Positions 19,009 through 28,574 of a stretch of 64,000 nucleotides of DNA are shown here, piece after piece; positions within the stretch are counted from its first letter, which is position 1, and each line of letters begins with the position of its first letter. A program made the position numbers and the translations under genes. The notes beneath the pieces were generated by a model. It was not told the DNA's origin, did no database searches, and saw only the letters and a list, made by a program, of their open reading frames with translations. The DNA comes from Dehalococcoidia bacterium (lineage in GTDB: Bacteria; Chloroflexota; Dehalococcoidia; Lucifugimonadales; UBA3495). The stretch spans positions 228,572 to 292,571 of the forward strand of contig DAOUIY010000009.1 of assembly GCA_034423215.1 (NCBI GenBank), given 5' to 3'.

Positions 19009-20199
19009 TTAAATAATGCCATTGGCCCTCAGGCTGACCAAGTCCCGGTCTGAGATGCCCAGCAGGTCACCCAGTATTTCCCGGTTGTGTTGCCCCAACA
19101 GCGGTGCAGGCGAATCCACCGGATGCGCGCCCTCCGACAAGCGGGGCCCCAGGCCGGGGTAGAGGGCGCAACCAGCCTCGGGATGGTCAACCTGGACAAA
19201 GAAGTCCCGCTCCTTCAGGTGAGGGCACTCATAAATGTCGCCGGCGTCCTGCGCCATTCCGAAGACCAGCCGCCGCTCACCGGATGCCTGGAAGAGGGGC
19301 TTCCGGTCCCACTGGGCCAGTCCCCGGACCAGCAGTTGCTTGAGCTCCTCGCCATGTTCAATTCGCCCGGAACCGCTGGCAAACCTCTCATCCTCCAGTT
19401 CCTCCAACCCGATGAGGTCGGCCACGACCGACAAGGGCTGGGAACCCTGGACCGAAGGCACAACGTAGCCGTCCCGCGCCGGCATGAGTTCCTCGAAGCC
19501 GGAACCGCGGACCGGCCGGCGGCCCTTGATTGCGCCCATGTAGTTGAAATAGGGCACTGCCTGCACTAAGTGAGTCGCCAGGCACTCCATGGCCGAAACT
19601 TCCACCTGCTGCCCCAGGCCGGTGGACAGCCTGAGGAAGAGGGCAGCCATGCTGGCCGTGGCGGCATTCACCCCGGCAACGTGCCATGCCTGGTCCAGCG
19701 CGTTTCGCAGCGGCTCCCGGTCCGAGTCTCCCGAGTGGTACAGGTGTCCGCTGTAGGCGAAAACGCTAATGTCGGTAGCTGGATAGTCCCGGTAGGGGCC
19801 GGTCAGTCCGAAGGGCGTAATGGACGCGGCTATTATCCGCGGCGAGGCTTCGGACAGTGCATGGTAGTCGAGGCCCAACCGCTCGGAATCCGCGGGTGGG
19901 TAATTCTCGACCAGGATGTCTGCTTCCTTGACCAGCTTGTGCAGAATGGAACATCCGGTGTCGGTGGCAATGTTCAGCGTGATGCCCCGTTTTCCGGTGT
20001 TGAGATACAGGAAGGGCAGGCTCTTTTCCGGGTGAGGGTCGTCGCCGGCGAAGGGGCCCTGCCGGCGGGCGGGGTCGCCAACACCCGACGGCTCAATCTT
20101 GACGACATCCGCGCCGTACTGGGCCAGCAGCTTGCCGCAAAAGGGGGCCGAGGTGTGGCCGCCCAGTTCCAGGACACGAACACCCGAAAGCAGTGGCAT
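19009..20199 (-). CDS. Family III CoA-transferase (CaiB/BaiF family)
   Basis: N-terminal LSGVRVLELGGHTSAPFCGKLLAQYGADVVKIE. 396 aa. The start lies 2 nt after the upstream MaoC stop. Confidence 0.8.
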   Translation of the reverse strand: MPLLSGVRVLELGGHTSAPFCGKLLAQYGADVVKIEPSGVGDPARRQGPFAGDDPHPEKSLPFLYLNTGKRGITLNIATDTGCSILHKLVKEADILVENYPPADSERLGLDYHALSEASPRIIAASITPFGLTGPYRDYPATDISVFAYSGHLYHSGDSDREPLRNALDQAWHVAGVNAATASMAALFLRLSTGLGQQVEVSAMECLATHLVQAVPYFNYMGAIKGRRPVRGSGFEELMPARDGYVVPSVQGSQPLSVVADLIGLEELEDERFASGSGRIEHGEELKQLLVRGLAQWDRKPLFQASGERRLVFGMAQDAGDIYECPHLKERDFFVQVDHPEAGCALYPGLGPRLSEGAHPVDSPAPLLGQHNREILGDLLGISDRDLVSLRANGII

Positions 20200-20201
20200 G
20201 G

Positions 20202-21275
20202 CTACCAGGGTTCCTCTTCCCAGACCAGGGGCAGGCTCTGGCCCCGCCGGGGCAGCGCCACGGTGGCCTGGCCGGCGGCCGTCTGCCCGCCACGGCTGTT
20301 GGTAAGCTCCACGGCGCAGTCCACCAGCCCGAATCCGTCCAACTCCCGCTTGCCGGTGACCACGCCCGATGCCGTGAGCACGTCGCCCGGAAAGTCCATG
20401 CCCCTGTGCTGCACGTAAAAGCGCCGGAACCAGCCCTCGTCGCCGGCAAAGTCTATCATCAACTGGCCCAGGTACTGGTTCTTCAGCGAACCATTCACCA
20501 CCACGTTGGGCAGGCCCTGCTGTAGCTGGGCAAAGGGCAAGTCCCAGTGTATGCGGGCGTAGTTGCCGTTGGCGGCGGCCCAGCGCACCAGGTGGGTGGT
20601 GGTCAAGGGCCCTTTCACCACCGGGGGCAGGGTGTCTCCCACCGCGACGTCCTCAAAGTGGCGCTGCGGGGCGCCTAGCGCTCCCGGCTTGGCCAGGATG
20701 GTGTCCGGGGCCGGGGGCGCAACCGGCACGGTGGTCAACGGCGGGGAGTCGGCGTCCTGAGGGTTGGCAACATCCACCTGGTCCGGCAGGCTGCGGTGGA
20801 TGCTGACCCGCTTGGCCAGGCTTATCACCTGTCCCAACTGGTTGGTCTGGGTTTCCTGCCTCACGATGAAGACCAGCAGGCCCGACCGGCCCGGCTTCTC
20901 AAAGATCTCCAGGACCTTGAACTGGCGGGTTATCCAGCTGCCGCCGTAGGCGGGACGCAGGAACTGCCAGTCGCTGCCGCCGTTTAGGCCGTAGCTGTTG
21001 AAGGGCAGGGGCACCTGGAAATGCGACTCCTGCCCGGCTCCGAAGTAGCCGATGGGCGGCCCAATATCCTTCCACGTAGCCAGGGGAGGGCAGATGATGC
21101 CGGCGTAGCGGGACCGGCTGGCATATTCGGCATCCCGGTACAGCGGGTTGCCGTCCTCTATGGCGTCCGCCACGTCAAAGGCCATCTCCTCGCTTATGGG
21201 AAAGCGGTTCTGCTCGGGCTCGGTTTCAGACCCGATCAGGGCTCGTACTTCATCCGTTATCAATGTTTCAGGCAT
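20202..21275 (-). CDS. Double hot-dog MaoC-like (R)-specific enoyl-CoA hydratase/dehydratase
   Basis: 357 aa with an N-terminal FAS1-like/MaoC_N half (DAIEDGNPLYRD) and a C-terminal MaoC half (YARIHWDLPFA). The size matches fused two-domain hydratases. Confidence 0.7.
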   Translation of the reverse strand: MPETLITDEVRALIGSETEPEQNRFPISEEMAFDVADAIEDGNPLYRDAEYASRSRYAGIICPPLATWKDIGPPIGYFGAGQESHFQVPLPFNSYGLNGGSDWQFLRPAYGGSWITRQFKVLEIFEKPGRSGLLVFIVRQETQTNQLGQVISLAKRVSIHRSLPDQVDVANPQDADSPPLTTVPVAPPAPDTILAKPGALGAPQRHFEDVAVGDTLPPVVKGPLTTTHLVRWAAANGNYARIHWDLPFAQLQQGLPNVVVNGSLKNQYLGQLMIDFAGDEGWFRRFYVQHRGMDFPGDVLTASGVVTGKRELDGFGLVDCAVELTNSRGGQTAAGQATVALPRRGQSLPLVWEEEPW

Positions 21276-21322
21276 TGGCGGCCTCTCCAGGATTACTGGT
21301 CCGGGTTATCTTACCGGACTGG

Positions 21323-22999
21323 CTACCCCGTCCACGCGCGGGGAGCAATGCCTTCGATGTCGGTGACCACGTCCACCACCGAGGGCTTGCCGGAGGCGGC
21401 CGCTTCCGCCATGGCCGGCTGCAGGTCTTCGGGACGGTCAACGCGGATTCCGAATCCGCCCATGTCCTCGGCCAGCCTGGCAAAGTCCGTGTCCGGGAAC
21501 ACCCACAGTTCGTCAACGTTGCCGGTCACGCCCACGCTCTCATAGGCCCGCTCGTTGCCCCGCTTCTCCTGGTTCAGCGAGTGGTTGTTGTTAATTACGG
21601 TGACGGTGTTGATGCCGTAACGGACCGCCGTTTCCATTTCGCTGAGGTGGTACCAAAAGCCGCCGTCGCCGGTAAAGCAGATTACGGGACGGTCGGGCGT
21701 CGCGCACTTGGCGCCCAGGGCCGCGGGAAAGGCCCAGCCCAGGGAGCCGGCGCACCGGAGGTAGGTCTGGGTGGGTTTGTTGAGGTCAATCATGGTGCCG
21801 GTCCAGATACCCGAGTGGCCGGTATCGGAAAGGAGTACCGCATCGTCGGGCAGGTAGTCCGTGATTTCCTTGCACAGCCGCTCCGGCCGGACTGGTGAAC
21901 CGTCGGAGTTGGCCAGGGGGGCTACATCATCGCGCCACTGGCGCACCAGTTCCTGGGCCCGGCCGACCCACTCCGCCCTCGGCCCCAACGGCTCCGCCAG
22001 ATCAATCAGCTTGCGGAGCGATGCCCTGGCGTCGCCCTGCAATCCAACCTGGATGGGATAGCTGCGGCCCAGTTCCTTCGGGTCAATGTCCAGCTGAATA
22101 ACCGGCGTGCCCGGCCGGGGAATCTGCCACTCGGTGGTAACCTGGCTCCCCGTGTGGCTGCCGATGAAGAACACCAGGTCCGCTTCCGAAACCACCCGGT
22201 TGGCGCACCAGCGGGAGTAAGTCCCGCATACGCCCACCGAAAGGGGGTGATTGTCGGGAATGGAGCCCTTGGCGTTAAGCGAGGTTGCCACCGGAATAGA
22301 CAGCATTTCCGCCAGTTCCACCAGTTCCTGCTGGGCGCCGGAGGCAGGGACGCCGCCGCCGGCAACTATCACCGGGCGGCGGGCTTCGGTCAAAGCCCGG
22401 ACCGCGTCCCGTACCATCTCCGTTTCCGGCTCCCCGCGGAAGGGAGGAACATGGGTGAAGGGCGCCTCCACGATTACGTCCAGGTCGGCCTCCACGTCCA
22501 TAATCAACGCGCCCGAGGAGCCTTGCAGGTCAAGGTGGGTGGGCCCCGGCGCGCCGGAGGTAGCTTCCCGGAAAGCCTGACGCAGCATCCTGGGCAGCTC
22601 TTCGGGGCTGTCCACCAGGGCGTTGAACTTGGTCACCGCATTGAAGGGCTGCACGTGGTCAACTTCCTGGTAGTAGTTGCGGTCCTGTTGGGCGGGCGCG
22701 CCCCGGCCCGTAAGCGCTACCACCGGCGAGCCGCCCAGGAAGGGGTCCTGGAGGCCGGCCGCCAGGTTGGCCGCTCCCACGTTCTGGGCCATGCAAACGC
22801 CCGGGCGGCGGGCGGCGCGGGCGTAGCCGTCGGCCATGTAGGCCGCCGCCTTTTCACTGTGGGCCATGATTCGGGCAATGCCCACCTGCTCCATCTCCAC
22901 CAGGGCGCGGGTGACAATCATGGGCATGTAAAAAGCGTGCGTCACTCCGTAGGCCCGCATGGTCTCCACAAGAAATCGGGCGCCGGTCATTCTGGGCAT
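21323..22999 (-). CDS. Thiamine-diphosphate enzyme of the acetolactate synthase / oxalyl-CoA decarboxylase / 2-hydroxyacyl-CoA lyase superfamily
   Basis: Start MPRMTGARFLVETMRAYGV at 22999 follows AGGAGG. ThDP-binding motif GSLGWAFPAALGAK...GDGGFWY...NN. The ORF stays open to 23185, but the upstream part has no RBS or homology logic. Confidence 0.8.
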   Translation of the reverse strand: MPRMTGARFLVETMRAYGVTHAFYMPMIVTRALVEMEQVGIARIMAHSEKAAAYMADGYARAARRPGVCMAQNVGAANLAAGLQDPFLGGSPVVALTGRGAPAQQDRNYYQEVDHVQPFNAVTKFNALVDSPEELPRMLRQAFREATSGAPGPTHLDLQGSSGALIMDVEADLDVIVEAPFTHVPPFRGEPETEMVRDAVRALTEARRPVIVAGGGVPASGAQQELVELAEMLSIPVATSLNAKGSIPDNHPLSVGVCGTYSRWCANRVVSEADLVFFIGSHTGSQVTTEWQIPRPGTPVIQLDIDPKELGRSYPIQVGLQGDARASLRKLIDLAEPLGPRAEWVGRAQELVRQWRDDVAPLANSDGSPVRPERLCKEITDYLPDDAVLLSDTGHSGIWTGTMIDLNKPTQTYLRCAGSLGWAFPAALGAKCATPDRPVICFTGDGGFWYHLSEMETAVRYGINTVTVINNNHSLNQEKRGNERAYESVGVTGNVDELWVFPDTDFARLAEDMGGFGIRVDRPEDLQPAMAEAAASGKPSVVDVVTDIEGIAPRAWTG

Positions 23000-23295
23000 G
23001 GCTCTACCTCCTGGGCTTTCAGTCTGTTTGGCTGGGCCGCATAGTTCAGATTGGATAATAGCGTTGGCCTGGAACACTGGCAAGGGCAGTTGACCCTTTG
23101 TGCCCGGCAATGTTGAACAGCCCCGGAACCTGAACCCGGCGGGACAGGCCAGCGGTCTGCCCTGCTTCACCCGAGTTCCCTGCAACCTGCTCGCCTTAAA
23201 GGGCAGGGCCGGGCCGGAGACTACCCATTTCCCGGCTAAAGGGGTATAGTTTGGGCTAACGGCAGAGACACATTTAATTCACAGGAGGCGACATC

Positions 23296-24345
23296 ATGGC
23301 AGAAATCCTGGGCCTGGGGCTCACCCATTCCCCTTCCTTGATCAAGCCTGATGAAGAGAAGGACTTTTCGGTCCACCGGAGCATGCGAAATCCCAACCTG
23401 CCGGCCGAACTGAAAATCCCCACCAACTGGCCGGAACCCATGCGCATTGAATACGGAGAAGATGAGGGCCTCGCTGCTGCCATCAGCGCGCGGGAACGAC
23501 TGGTAAACGGTTTCCGCAAGCTGCGGGAGGAGCTGGACGCCTTCAACCCCGATTTCGTGGTCATCTGGGGTGACGACCAGTATGAGAATTTCAAGGAGGA
23601 CATTATTCCTCCCTTCTGCGTGCTGGCCTACGACGAAATGGAGTGCCAGCCCTTTGCGTTGAAGGACGGCGGCACTCGACTCAACGTCTGGGACGAGCCC
23701 GGCGAAAAGACCTTCAAGTATGCCGGCCACCGCACGGCCGCCCGTACCCTGGTGCGGGGCCTGATTGAACAGGGCGTGGATATGTCCTACTCATACAAGC
23801 CCCTCCACGAGAAGGGCGGCCTGGGCCACGCCATCCTTAACACCCTGCTCTACCTGGACTACGACCGCAAGGGTTTTGACTACCCCGTGGTGCCGTTCCT
23901 GGTTAACTGCTACGGCAGCCGGGTGGTGCGCAACCGGGGCGGCGCCGTCCAGTATGAAGAGGACTTCGACCCGCCCGGGCCTTCACCCAAGCGCTGCATG
24001 GAAGTAGGCGCGGCGGTGGCCAGGGTTTTGAAGGAAAGCCCCTACCGGGTGGCGCTGATTGCCTCTTCCAGCTGGTCCCATGCCTTCCTTACCGACAAGA
24101 ACCACTGCCTGTACCCCGACGTGCCTTCCGACCGGGCCAGGTTCGAGGAATTGCGGGACGGGGACTATGCGGCCTGGAGCCGGCTGTCCACGGACCAGAT
24201 AGAGGACGCCGGCCAGCAGGAACTCCTGAACTGGATGTGCATTGCGGGAGCCGCGCAGGAACTGGAATACAAGACCGAGGTCATTGACTACGTGGAGACC
24301 TACATCTTCAACTCGAACAAGTGCGTGGCGCTGTTCAAGCCGTAA
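23296..24345 (+). CDS. Class III extradiol ring-cleavage dioxygenase (LigB-like)
   Basis: 349 aa. N-terminal GLGLTHSP (His ligand context) and later LIASSSWSHAF resemble LigB/gallate-dioxygenase-type enzymes. AGGAGG RBS. Confidence 0.55.
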   Translation: MAEILGLGLTHSPSLIKPDEEKDFSVHRSMRNPNLPAELKIPTNWPEPMRIEYGEDEGLAAAISARERLVNGFRKLREELDAFNPDFVVIWGDDQYENFKEDIIPPFCVLAYDEMECQPFALKDGGTRLNVWDEPGEKTFKYAGHRTAARTLVRGLIEQGVDMSYSYKPLHEKGGLGHAILNTLLYLDYDRKGFDYPVVPFLVNCYGSRVVRNRGGAVQYEEDFDPPGPSPKRCMEVGAAVARVLKESPYRVALIASSSWSHAFLTDKNHCLYPDVPSDRARFEELRDGDYAAWSRLSTDQIEDAGQQELLNWMCIAGAAQELEYKTEVIDYVETYIFNSNKCVALFKP

Positions 24346-24380
24346 GACTTATACAGGTTCAAAAGGGAGCGCATAAATCA

Positions 24381-24404
24381 GGGGGCGGACTTTTGTCCGC
24401 CCCC
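24381..24404. terminator. Perfect 10-bp GC hairpin between convergent genes (bidirectional terminator candidate)
   Basis: GGGGGCGGAC-tttt-GTCCGCCCCC, flanked by A/T-rich runs. Confidence 0.7.
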
Positions 24405-24439
24405 TTGCTTTCAGCAACTATTGGGCCATCGCCATACGG

Positions 24440-24538
24440 TTGACGGGTAAACCTGGAGCCCGCCCGTGGTGAGCTTGCCGAGCCATGAGCGGGCGGCCCC
24501 TCGACAAGCTCAGGGTGAGCGGCAACACTACCCGTCAG
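24440..24538. repeat. Interspersed palindromic repeat family A copy
   Basis: CGCCCGTGGTGAGCTTGCCGAGCCATGAGCGGGCGGCCCCTCGACAAGCTCAGGGTGAGCGGCAA with outer inverted TGACGGGTA/TACCCGTCA. Same core as the copies at 27782, 31441, 34674 and 63638. Confidence 0.8.
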
Positions 24539-24567
24539 TTCAAAAAGTTGAACCACTGGGCGCCCGG

Positions 24568-25647
24568 CTATCCCTCAAACACCGATTCAATCGGCTGATG
24601 GCCGGCATTCTCGGCGTAGGGCTCTTCCCGGTAAAGGGACAAGGCCTTCATTACCGGTATGTCCTGGATGGAGAAGAGGATGGCCTCCTCGTCGGTGTCG
24701 TTGGCGTGCTCGTGCCAGGCCCAGGACGGGACTACCAGGAAGTCTCCCTCGCCCCAGTCGAACCTCTGGCCGTTGATGACGCTGTGACCCCTGCCCCGGA
24801 ACACCTGGTAAACCTTGCTGGTGGTGTGGCGGTGGGCCTTGGTGTTGACGCCGGGCCGGATCATCTGCACCCAGCAGGCCATGGTGCGCAGCACCGGACC
24901 GCCCGTGGCCGGGTCCGAGAATTCCATGGCCACGTCATCGAAGGGGCTGGCATCAATTTCCGCCAGGCTGTGCAGGGCGGCGTGGGTCCTCTCCCACTTG
25001 TAATGCCACAGGGGCGAATAGGGAATATTGGGGTCTTCCCAGGCCGGCCGCAGCGCGCCCGATGCGTACTTCCGCTCCGACTCGCCAACGCCAACGATGG
25101 GCTGCTGGTCTTCCGGGAACTGTTCGTAGAAGGTGGCTTCCAGGTTATTAACCAGGGGAGTGTCCAGACCATCCAGCCAGATCATCGGCCCGTCGCCCTC
25201 GTTGTTGTGGTCGTGCCAGGTCCACGAGGGGGTTAGCACCAGGTCGCCGGGCTCCATGTAGCACTTGTCGCCTTCCACGGTGGTGTAGGCGCCAGTGCCT
25301 TGCAGCACCCAACGGATGGCCGTGGGAGTGTGGCGGTGGGCCGGGGCGTTTTCGCCGGGGAGCAGCAACTGCAAGGCCGCCGATATGGTGTGGGTGGTGC
25401 CGTGGTCCAGGCCGGGGTTGGCCAGGCGCAGGACCCGCCGCTCTACGTCCCGGTCCGGGGTAACAATGTCGCCGCTGCGCAGGACCAGGGGCTGGGCCTG
25501 TTCCCACCGCCAGGCGAAGGGAACAACCTGGGGCTTGCGCTCCAGCCGGCGGCCCATCCAGGCCGCTCGCAGGCCGGCCGCCTCGGTTCCTTCGTAGAAT
25601 CGTTCTTCCTCTTCAGGACTGACTCTTCCCAACAATTGAGTCATCAC
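24568..25647 (-). CDS. Gentisate 1,2-dioxygenase-like bicupin
   Basis: 359 aa with two cupin modules. The first has APAHRHTPTAIRWVLQGTGAYTTVEG....EPGDLVLTPSWTWHDH, the gentisate/1-hydroxy-2-naphthoate dioxygenase His pattern. Confidence 0.75.
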   Translation of the reverse strand: MMTQLLGRVSPEEEERFYEGTEAAGLRAAWMGRRLERKPQVVPFAWRWEQAQPLVLRSGDIVTPDRDVERRVLRLANPGLDHGTTHTISAALQLLLPGENAPAHRHTPTAIRWVLQGTGAYTTVEGDKCYMEPGDLVLTPSWTWHDHNNEGDGPMIWLDGLDTPLVNNLEATFYEQFPEDQQPIVGVGESERKYASGALRPAWEDPNIPYSPLWHYKWERTHAALHSLAEIDASPFDDVAMEFSDPATGGPVLRTMACWVQMIRPGVNTKAHRHTTSKVYQVFRGRGHSVINGQRFDWGEGDFLVVPSWAWHEHANDTDEEAILFSIQDIPVMKALSLYREEPYAENAGHQPIESVFEG

Positions 25648-25823
25648 TTGCCTCCCATTTCAGACTGGATGCTATTTTCGGAAATTCTAAATCCGCCCTG
25701 CCGGCAGTGTCAAACAAAGGCATGGTGTATAGTCTTCCCGTCTCGTCCGGTTTTCAGTGCTTGGCGACCACTCCCGACCGTAGGGTACCGAGCTATTTCA
25801 TTCTGAATTGGGGGCAAATCAAA

Positions 25824-27509
25824 ATGGCTGAAGACTTCGGCAGTCTAAAGACCACCGTTCTGCGCAATGGGAAGATAATTGCCGTGGATGGCAAGGATTC
25901 CATTAACCAGGCCATCGCCATTCAGAATGATCGCATCCTGGCCGTCGGCAGCAATGCCGAGGTCACCCGCCTGGCCGGTGAGGACGCTGCCGTCCTTGAC
26001 CTGGATGGACGGACTGTCATCCCAGGCATTGTGGACATTCACGCGCACATGGACCGGGAGGGGCTGAAAACCATCTACCCATCCCTGGAAGGCTTACGTT
26101 CGATAACGGAAATCCAGAACCGGATAGCCACGTTGACTGATAGTGTCCCGCCCGGGGAATGGGTAGTGACCATGCCCATCGGCGACCCGCCCAACTACGC
26201 CGATATGCCCCAGTCCCTGGCTGAGGGAAGGTTCCCCAACCGACGAGACCTGGATGCGGTGGCGCCCAACCACCCCGTTTACATCAAGGGCATCTGGACT
26301 CCCTGGAACATGCCACCGTCGGTTTCCATAGCCAATAGCGCGGCCCTCCAGTTGGCAGGGATTGACCGCCCCGAATCACCGGATTCCAGCGTAGTCATCG
26401 AAAAGGACCAGAACGGCGAGCCCACCGGCGTTTTCATTGATACGGGAAGGTACCCGTCGGTGGAGTTCACGTTGATAAGTTGCGTACCCCGCTTCTCGCA
26501 GGAGCAGCGGGTGGATGCTCTGCGCGAGTCCATGCGCCTTTACAACTCGGTGGGCACCACGGGCACCTACGAAGGGCATGGCGTGGCCCCGGAAGTAATG
26601 CAGACCTACAAGACTCTGTGGGACCGGGGAGAGATGACGGTGCGTTCCAACCTCACCGTCAGCCCCCACTGGCAGTCGGTAGAACAGGCCGCCGCCGAAA
26701 TGGAGGCCTGGGGCCACTCCTTCTCCGGGCCCGGCTTTGGCGACGATTTCCTGCGAATCAGCGGCTACTTCATCCAGTACGGAGGCAACCAATATACGGC
26801 GCGGGCCCGGGCCAACCTGCTGCCCTATACCGGGTGGGCCGGCTTCGTTCAGAGCCACCACTCCCCCGACTTCTTCCGGCAAACGGTCCGGCTGGCAGCC
26901 CAACACAACCTGCGCGTTAATACCCTGGTCCGCGAGCCACTGGAGGAGGTGCTGGCCGTATTTGAAGAAGTGGACCGGGAGTATCCCCTCCACGGCCGCC
27001 GCTGGACTTTGGCCCACGTGCTTCAGACCTCCGACGCACAACTGGAGAAAATCAGGCGAATGGGCCTGCTGGTTGAGACCATTCCCCTCACTGAGCTTTG
27101 GCTGCGGGGCAGTCCCTACCTGGAAGACCAGCAAAGGGCGGACGGAGCCGTGGCCCACCGCAGGTACCTAGAAAGGGGGGTGGACTTCAGTTTTGGCACC
27201 GACAACAAGCCCTACAACCCCTTCGCAACCCTCTGGGCCGCGGTGGCCCGCCGGGAAAGGGTCACGGACAAGGTTCTGGGCCCGGCCCAGCGCCTCACCC
27301 GCGCGGAGGCGCTCCGGGCCTTCACCCTCGGCGGCGCACGTTTTTCCTTCGACGAGACCAAGCGGGGCTCACTGGAGGCGGGCAAACAGGCCGACCTGGC
27401 CGTTCTTTCCGACGACCTGCTGGAAATGGAAGAGGCCGCCATACCGGAGCTACGTTCCCTGCTGACTATGGTGGGTGGTCGGGTGGTCCACCAATCAGCG
27501 GATTTCTGA
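25824..27509 (+). CDS. Amidohydrolase-3 (YtcJ-like) family hydrolase
   Basis: Start MAEDFGSLKTTVLRNGKIIAVDG. IPGIVDIHAHM motif. C-terminal ADLAVLSDDLL...TMVGGRVVH. Paralog of 3527..5173. Confidence 0.7.
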   Translation: MAEDFGSLKTTVLRNGKIIAVDGKDSINQAIAIQNDRILAVGSNAEVTRLAGEDAAVLDLDGRTVIPGIVDIHAHMDREGLKTIYPSLEGLRSITEIQNRIATLTDSVPPGEWVVTMPIGDPPNYADMPQSLAEGRFPNRRDLDAVAPNHPVYIKGIWTPWNMPPSVSIANSAALQLAGIDRPESPDSSVVIEKDQNGEPTGVFIDTGRYPSVEFTLISCVPRFSQEQRVDALRESMRLYNSVGTTGTYEGHGVAPEVMQTYKTLWDRGEMTVRSNLTVSPHWQSVEQAAAEMEAWGHSFSGPGFGDDFLRISGYFIQYGGNQYTARARANLLPYTGWAGFVQSHHSPDFFRQTVRLAAQHNLRVNTLVREPLEEVLAVFEEVDREYPLHGRRWTLAHVLQTSDAQLEKIRRMGLLVETIPLTELWLRGSPYLEDQQRADGAVAHRRYLERGVDFSFGTDNKPYNPFATLWAAVARRERVTDKVLGPAQRLTRAEALRAFTLGGARFSFDETKRGSLEAGKQADLAVLSDDLLEMEEAAIPELRSLLTMVGGRVVHQSADF

Positions 27510-27559
27510 CCTTCTCGTGGATGGCGTGGCCTTCTTGGAATCTTAATGTGAAGGTTAAT

Positions 27560-27637
27560 CGTCATTCCTGCCCGTGCAGGAATGTGAACCTTAGCCTGTC
27601 GAGGTTCCCGCCTGCGCGGGAACGACGGGTTAGGCCG
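27560..27637. repeat. Interspersed repeat family B copy
   Basis: CGTCATTCCTGCCCGTGCAGGAATGTGAACC...TGTCGAGGTTCCCGCCTGCGCGGGAACGACGGGTTAGG. Confidence 0.75.
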
Positions 27638-27750
27638 GTCAGAGGCTTCCACGCAGGAACGACGGGTTAGGTTGGTCTAGGACTTCCACGCAGGAATGGC
27701 GGGTTGGGCCGGTCAGAGGCTTCCACGCAGGGACTACGGGTTAGGCTAGT
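27612..27750. repeat. 37-bp tandem repeat, ~3.7 copies, grown from the 3' module of a family B element
   Basis: The GACGGGT / GGCGGGT / TACGGGT anchors at 27624, 27661, 27698 and 27735 are exactly 37 bp apart. Unit ~ GACGGGTTAGGCCGGTCAGAGGCTTCCACGCAGGAAC. Confidence 0.8.
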
Positions 27751-27781
27751 GCTTCAACTTATTTGAAACTTTGGATAATAT

Positions 27782-27850
27782 TTCCGCTCACCCTGAGCCT
27801 ATCGAACCATGGGCGGGCGGCCGTTCGACAAGCTCAGGGTGAGCGGAAAT
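27782..27850. repeat. Interspersed palindromic repeat family A copy (best palindrome)
   Basis: TCCGCTCACCCTGAGC...CGAACCATGGGCGGGCGGCCGTTCGACAAGCTCAGGGTGAGCGGA. Confidence 0.8.
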
Positions 27851-27880
27851 ATTGCCCATAGTGCCAGTTGTCGCAGTCCG

Positions 27881-28309
27881 CTAGTCCACCACGGCTATGG
27901 CCGCCAGTTCCACCTTCAGCCTTTCGTGGGTGGCCAGCCGGGAAATCTCGATGGTGGCCGTTCCCGGCCGGTGGTCGCCGAAATACTCCCACCAGACCTC
28001 GTTCATCTGGTCCTGCTCGTCGGCGTTGGTCAGGTACCTGGTGACCTGGACAATATCGCTGAAGGTGGCCCCGCAGGCCTCCAGCCCCCTCTTGACGTTT
28101 TCCAGGGCCATGCGGGTCTGCCCGGCCATGTCGTCGGGGATGTCGTCAAACTCCGATTCAATGTGGGGGTGACTGTGGTACACCTTGGCGGCATTCACGC
28201 CGGCCAGGAATAGCAGGGACCCGCCGGTCACCTTAACGGCCGGGGCATAGGGCAGGTTAACCGAGGGGTCGTACTCGCTGGTGTGAATAACTTCAATCCT
28301 GTCGGACAA
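27881..28309 (-). CDS. RidA/YjgF family reactive-intermediate deaminase
   Basis: 142 aa with YjgF-family layout (..AGVNAAKV.., ..TRYLT.., C-terminal VELAAIAVV). Confidence 0.65.
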   Translation of the reverse strand: MSDRIEVIHTSEYDPSVNLPYAPAVKVTGGSLLFLAGVNAAKVYHSHPHIESEFDDIPDDMAGQTRMALENVKRGLEACGATFSDIVQVTRYLTNADEQDQMNEVWWEYFGDHRPGTATIEISRLATHERLKVELAAIAVVD

Positions 28310-28574
28310 CTTGGAAACCTCCGGGTGTCTTGTAGTTTGGCCGCGGACCTCCGCAACCGTCCCAGGTATTATAGTCCATGCCTCCTACCGCCGTTTCTGC
28401 CCCCGCCCTCAGGCATGGCTGTTACGCGTCATATCTGGTCCCGTCCGGCAGTTTGCTTGGTTGGACAGCGCAAAGTTAGGGCTGAACGGGCCTCCAATAA
28501 TGGAACGACGGGTTTACCCCCGTTCGTTGGCTAAAGGGCTCGGAACAATTGCCGAAACACGAGGCAATTGCCTC

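Noticed and set aside
21323-23185. 620-aa form of the ThDP enzyme, and similar 5'-extended ORFs (25707.., 31689..33338, 34647.., 40981.., 56970..60662, 60919.., 7112..8203, 13565..).
   Set aside because: In each case an internal start with a good Shine-Dalgarno sequence coincides with the usual N-terminus of the family. The upstream extension is low-complexity or repeat-derived.
24359-24556. Small ORFs inside repeats (24359..24556, 63559..63768, 44277..44540, 44322..44546, 17196..17474, 28514..28798, 46322..46618) as candidate small proteins.
   Set aside because: Their similar peptides (e.g. ...HPELVEGP/RPAVHGS.SSPRA...) arise because they translate copies of repeat families A, B and C in arbitrary frames and orientations. 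They have no RBS and no consistent frame.
27555-27760. Possible CRISPR array, suggested by regularly spaced repeats after the amidohydrolase gene.
   Set aside because: The 37-bp units are directly adjacent with no unique spacers, they diverge from each other, and they derive from interspersed repeat family B. No cas genes are in the window.
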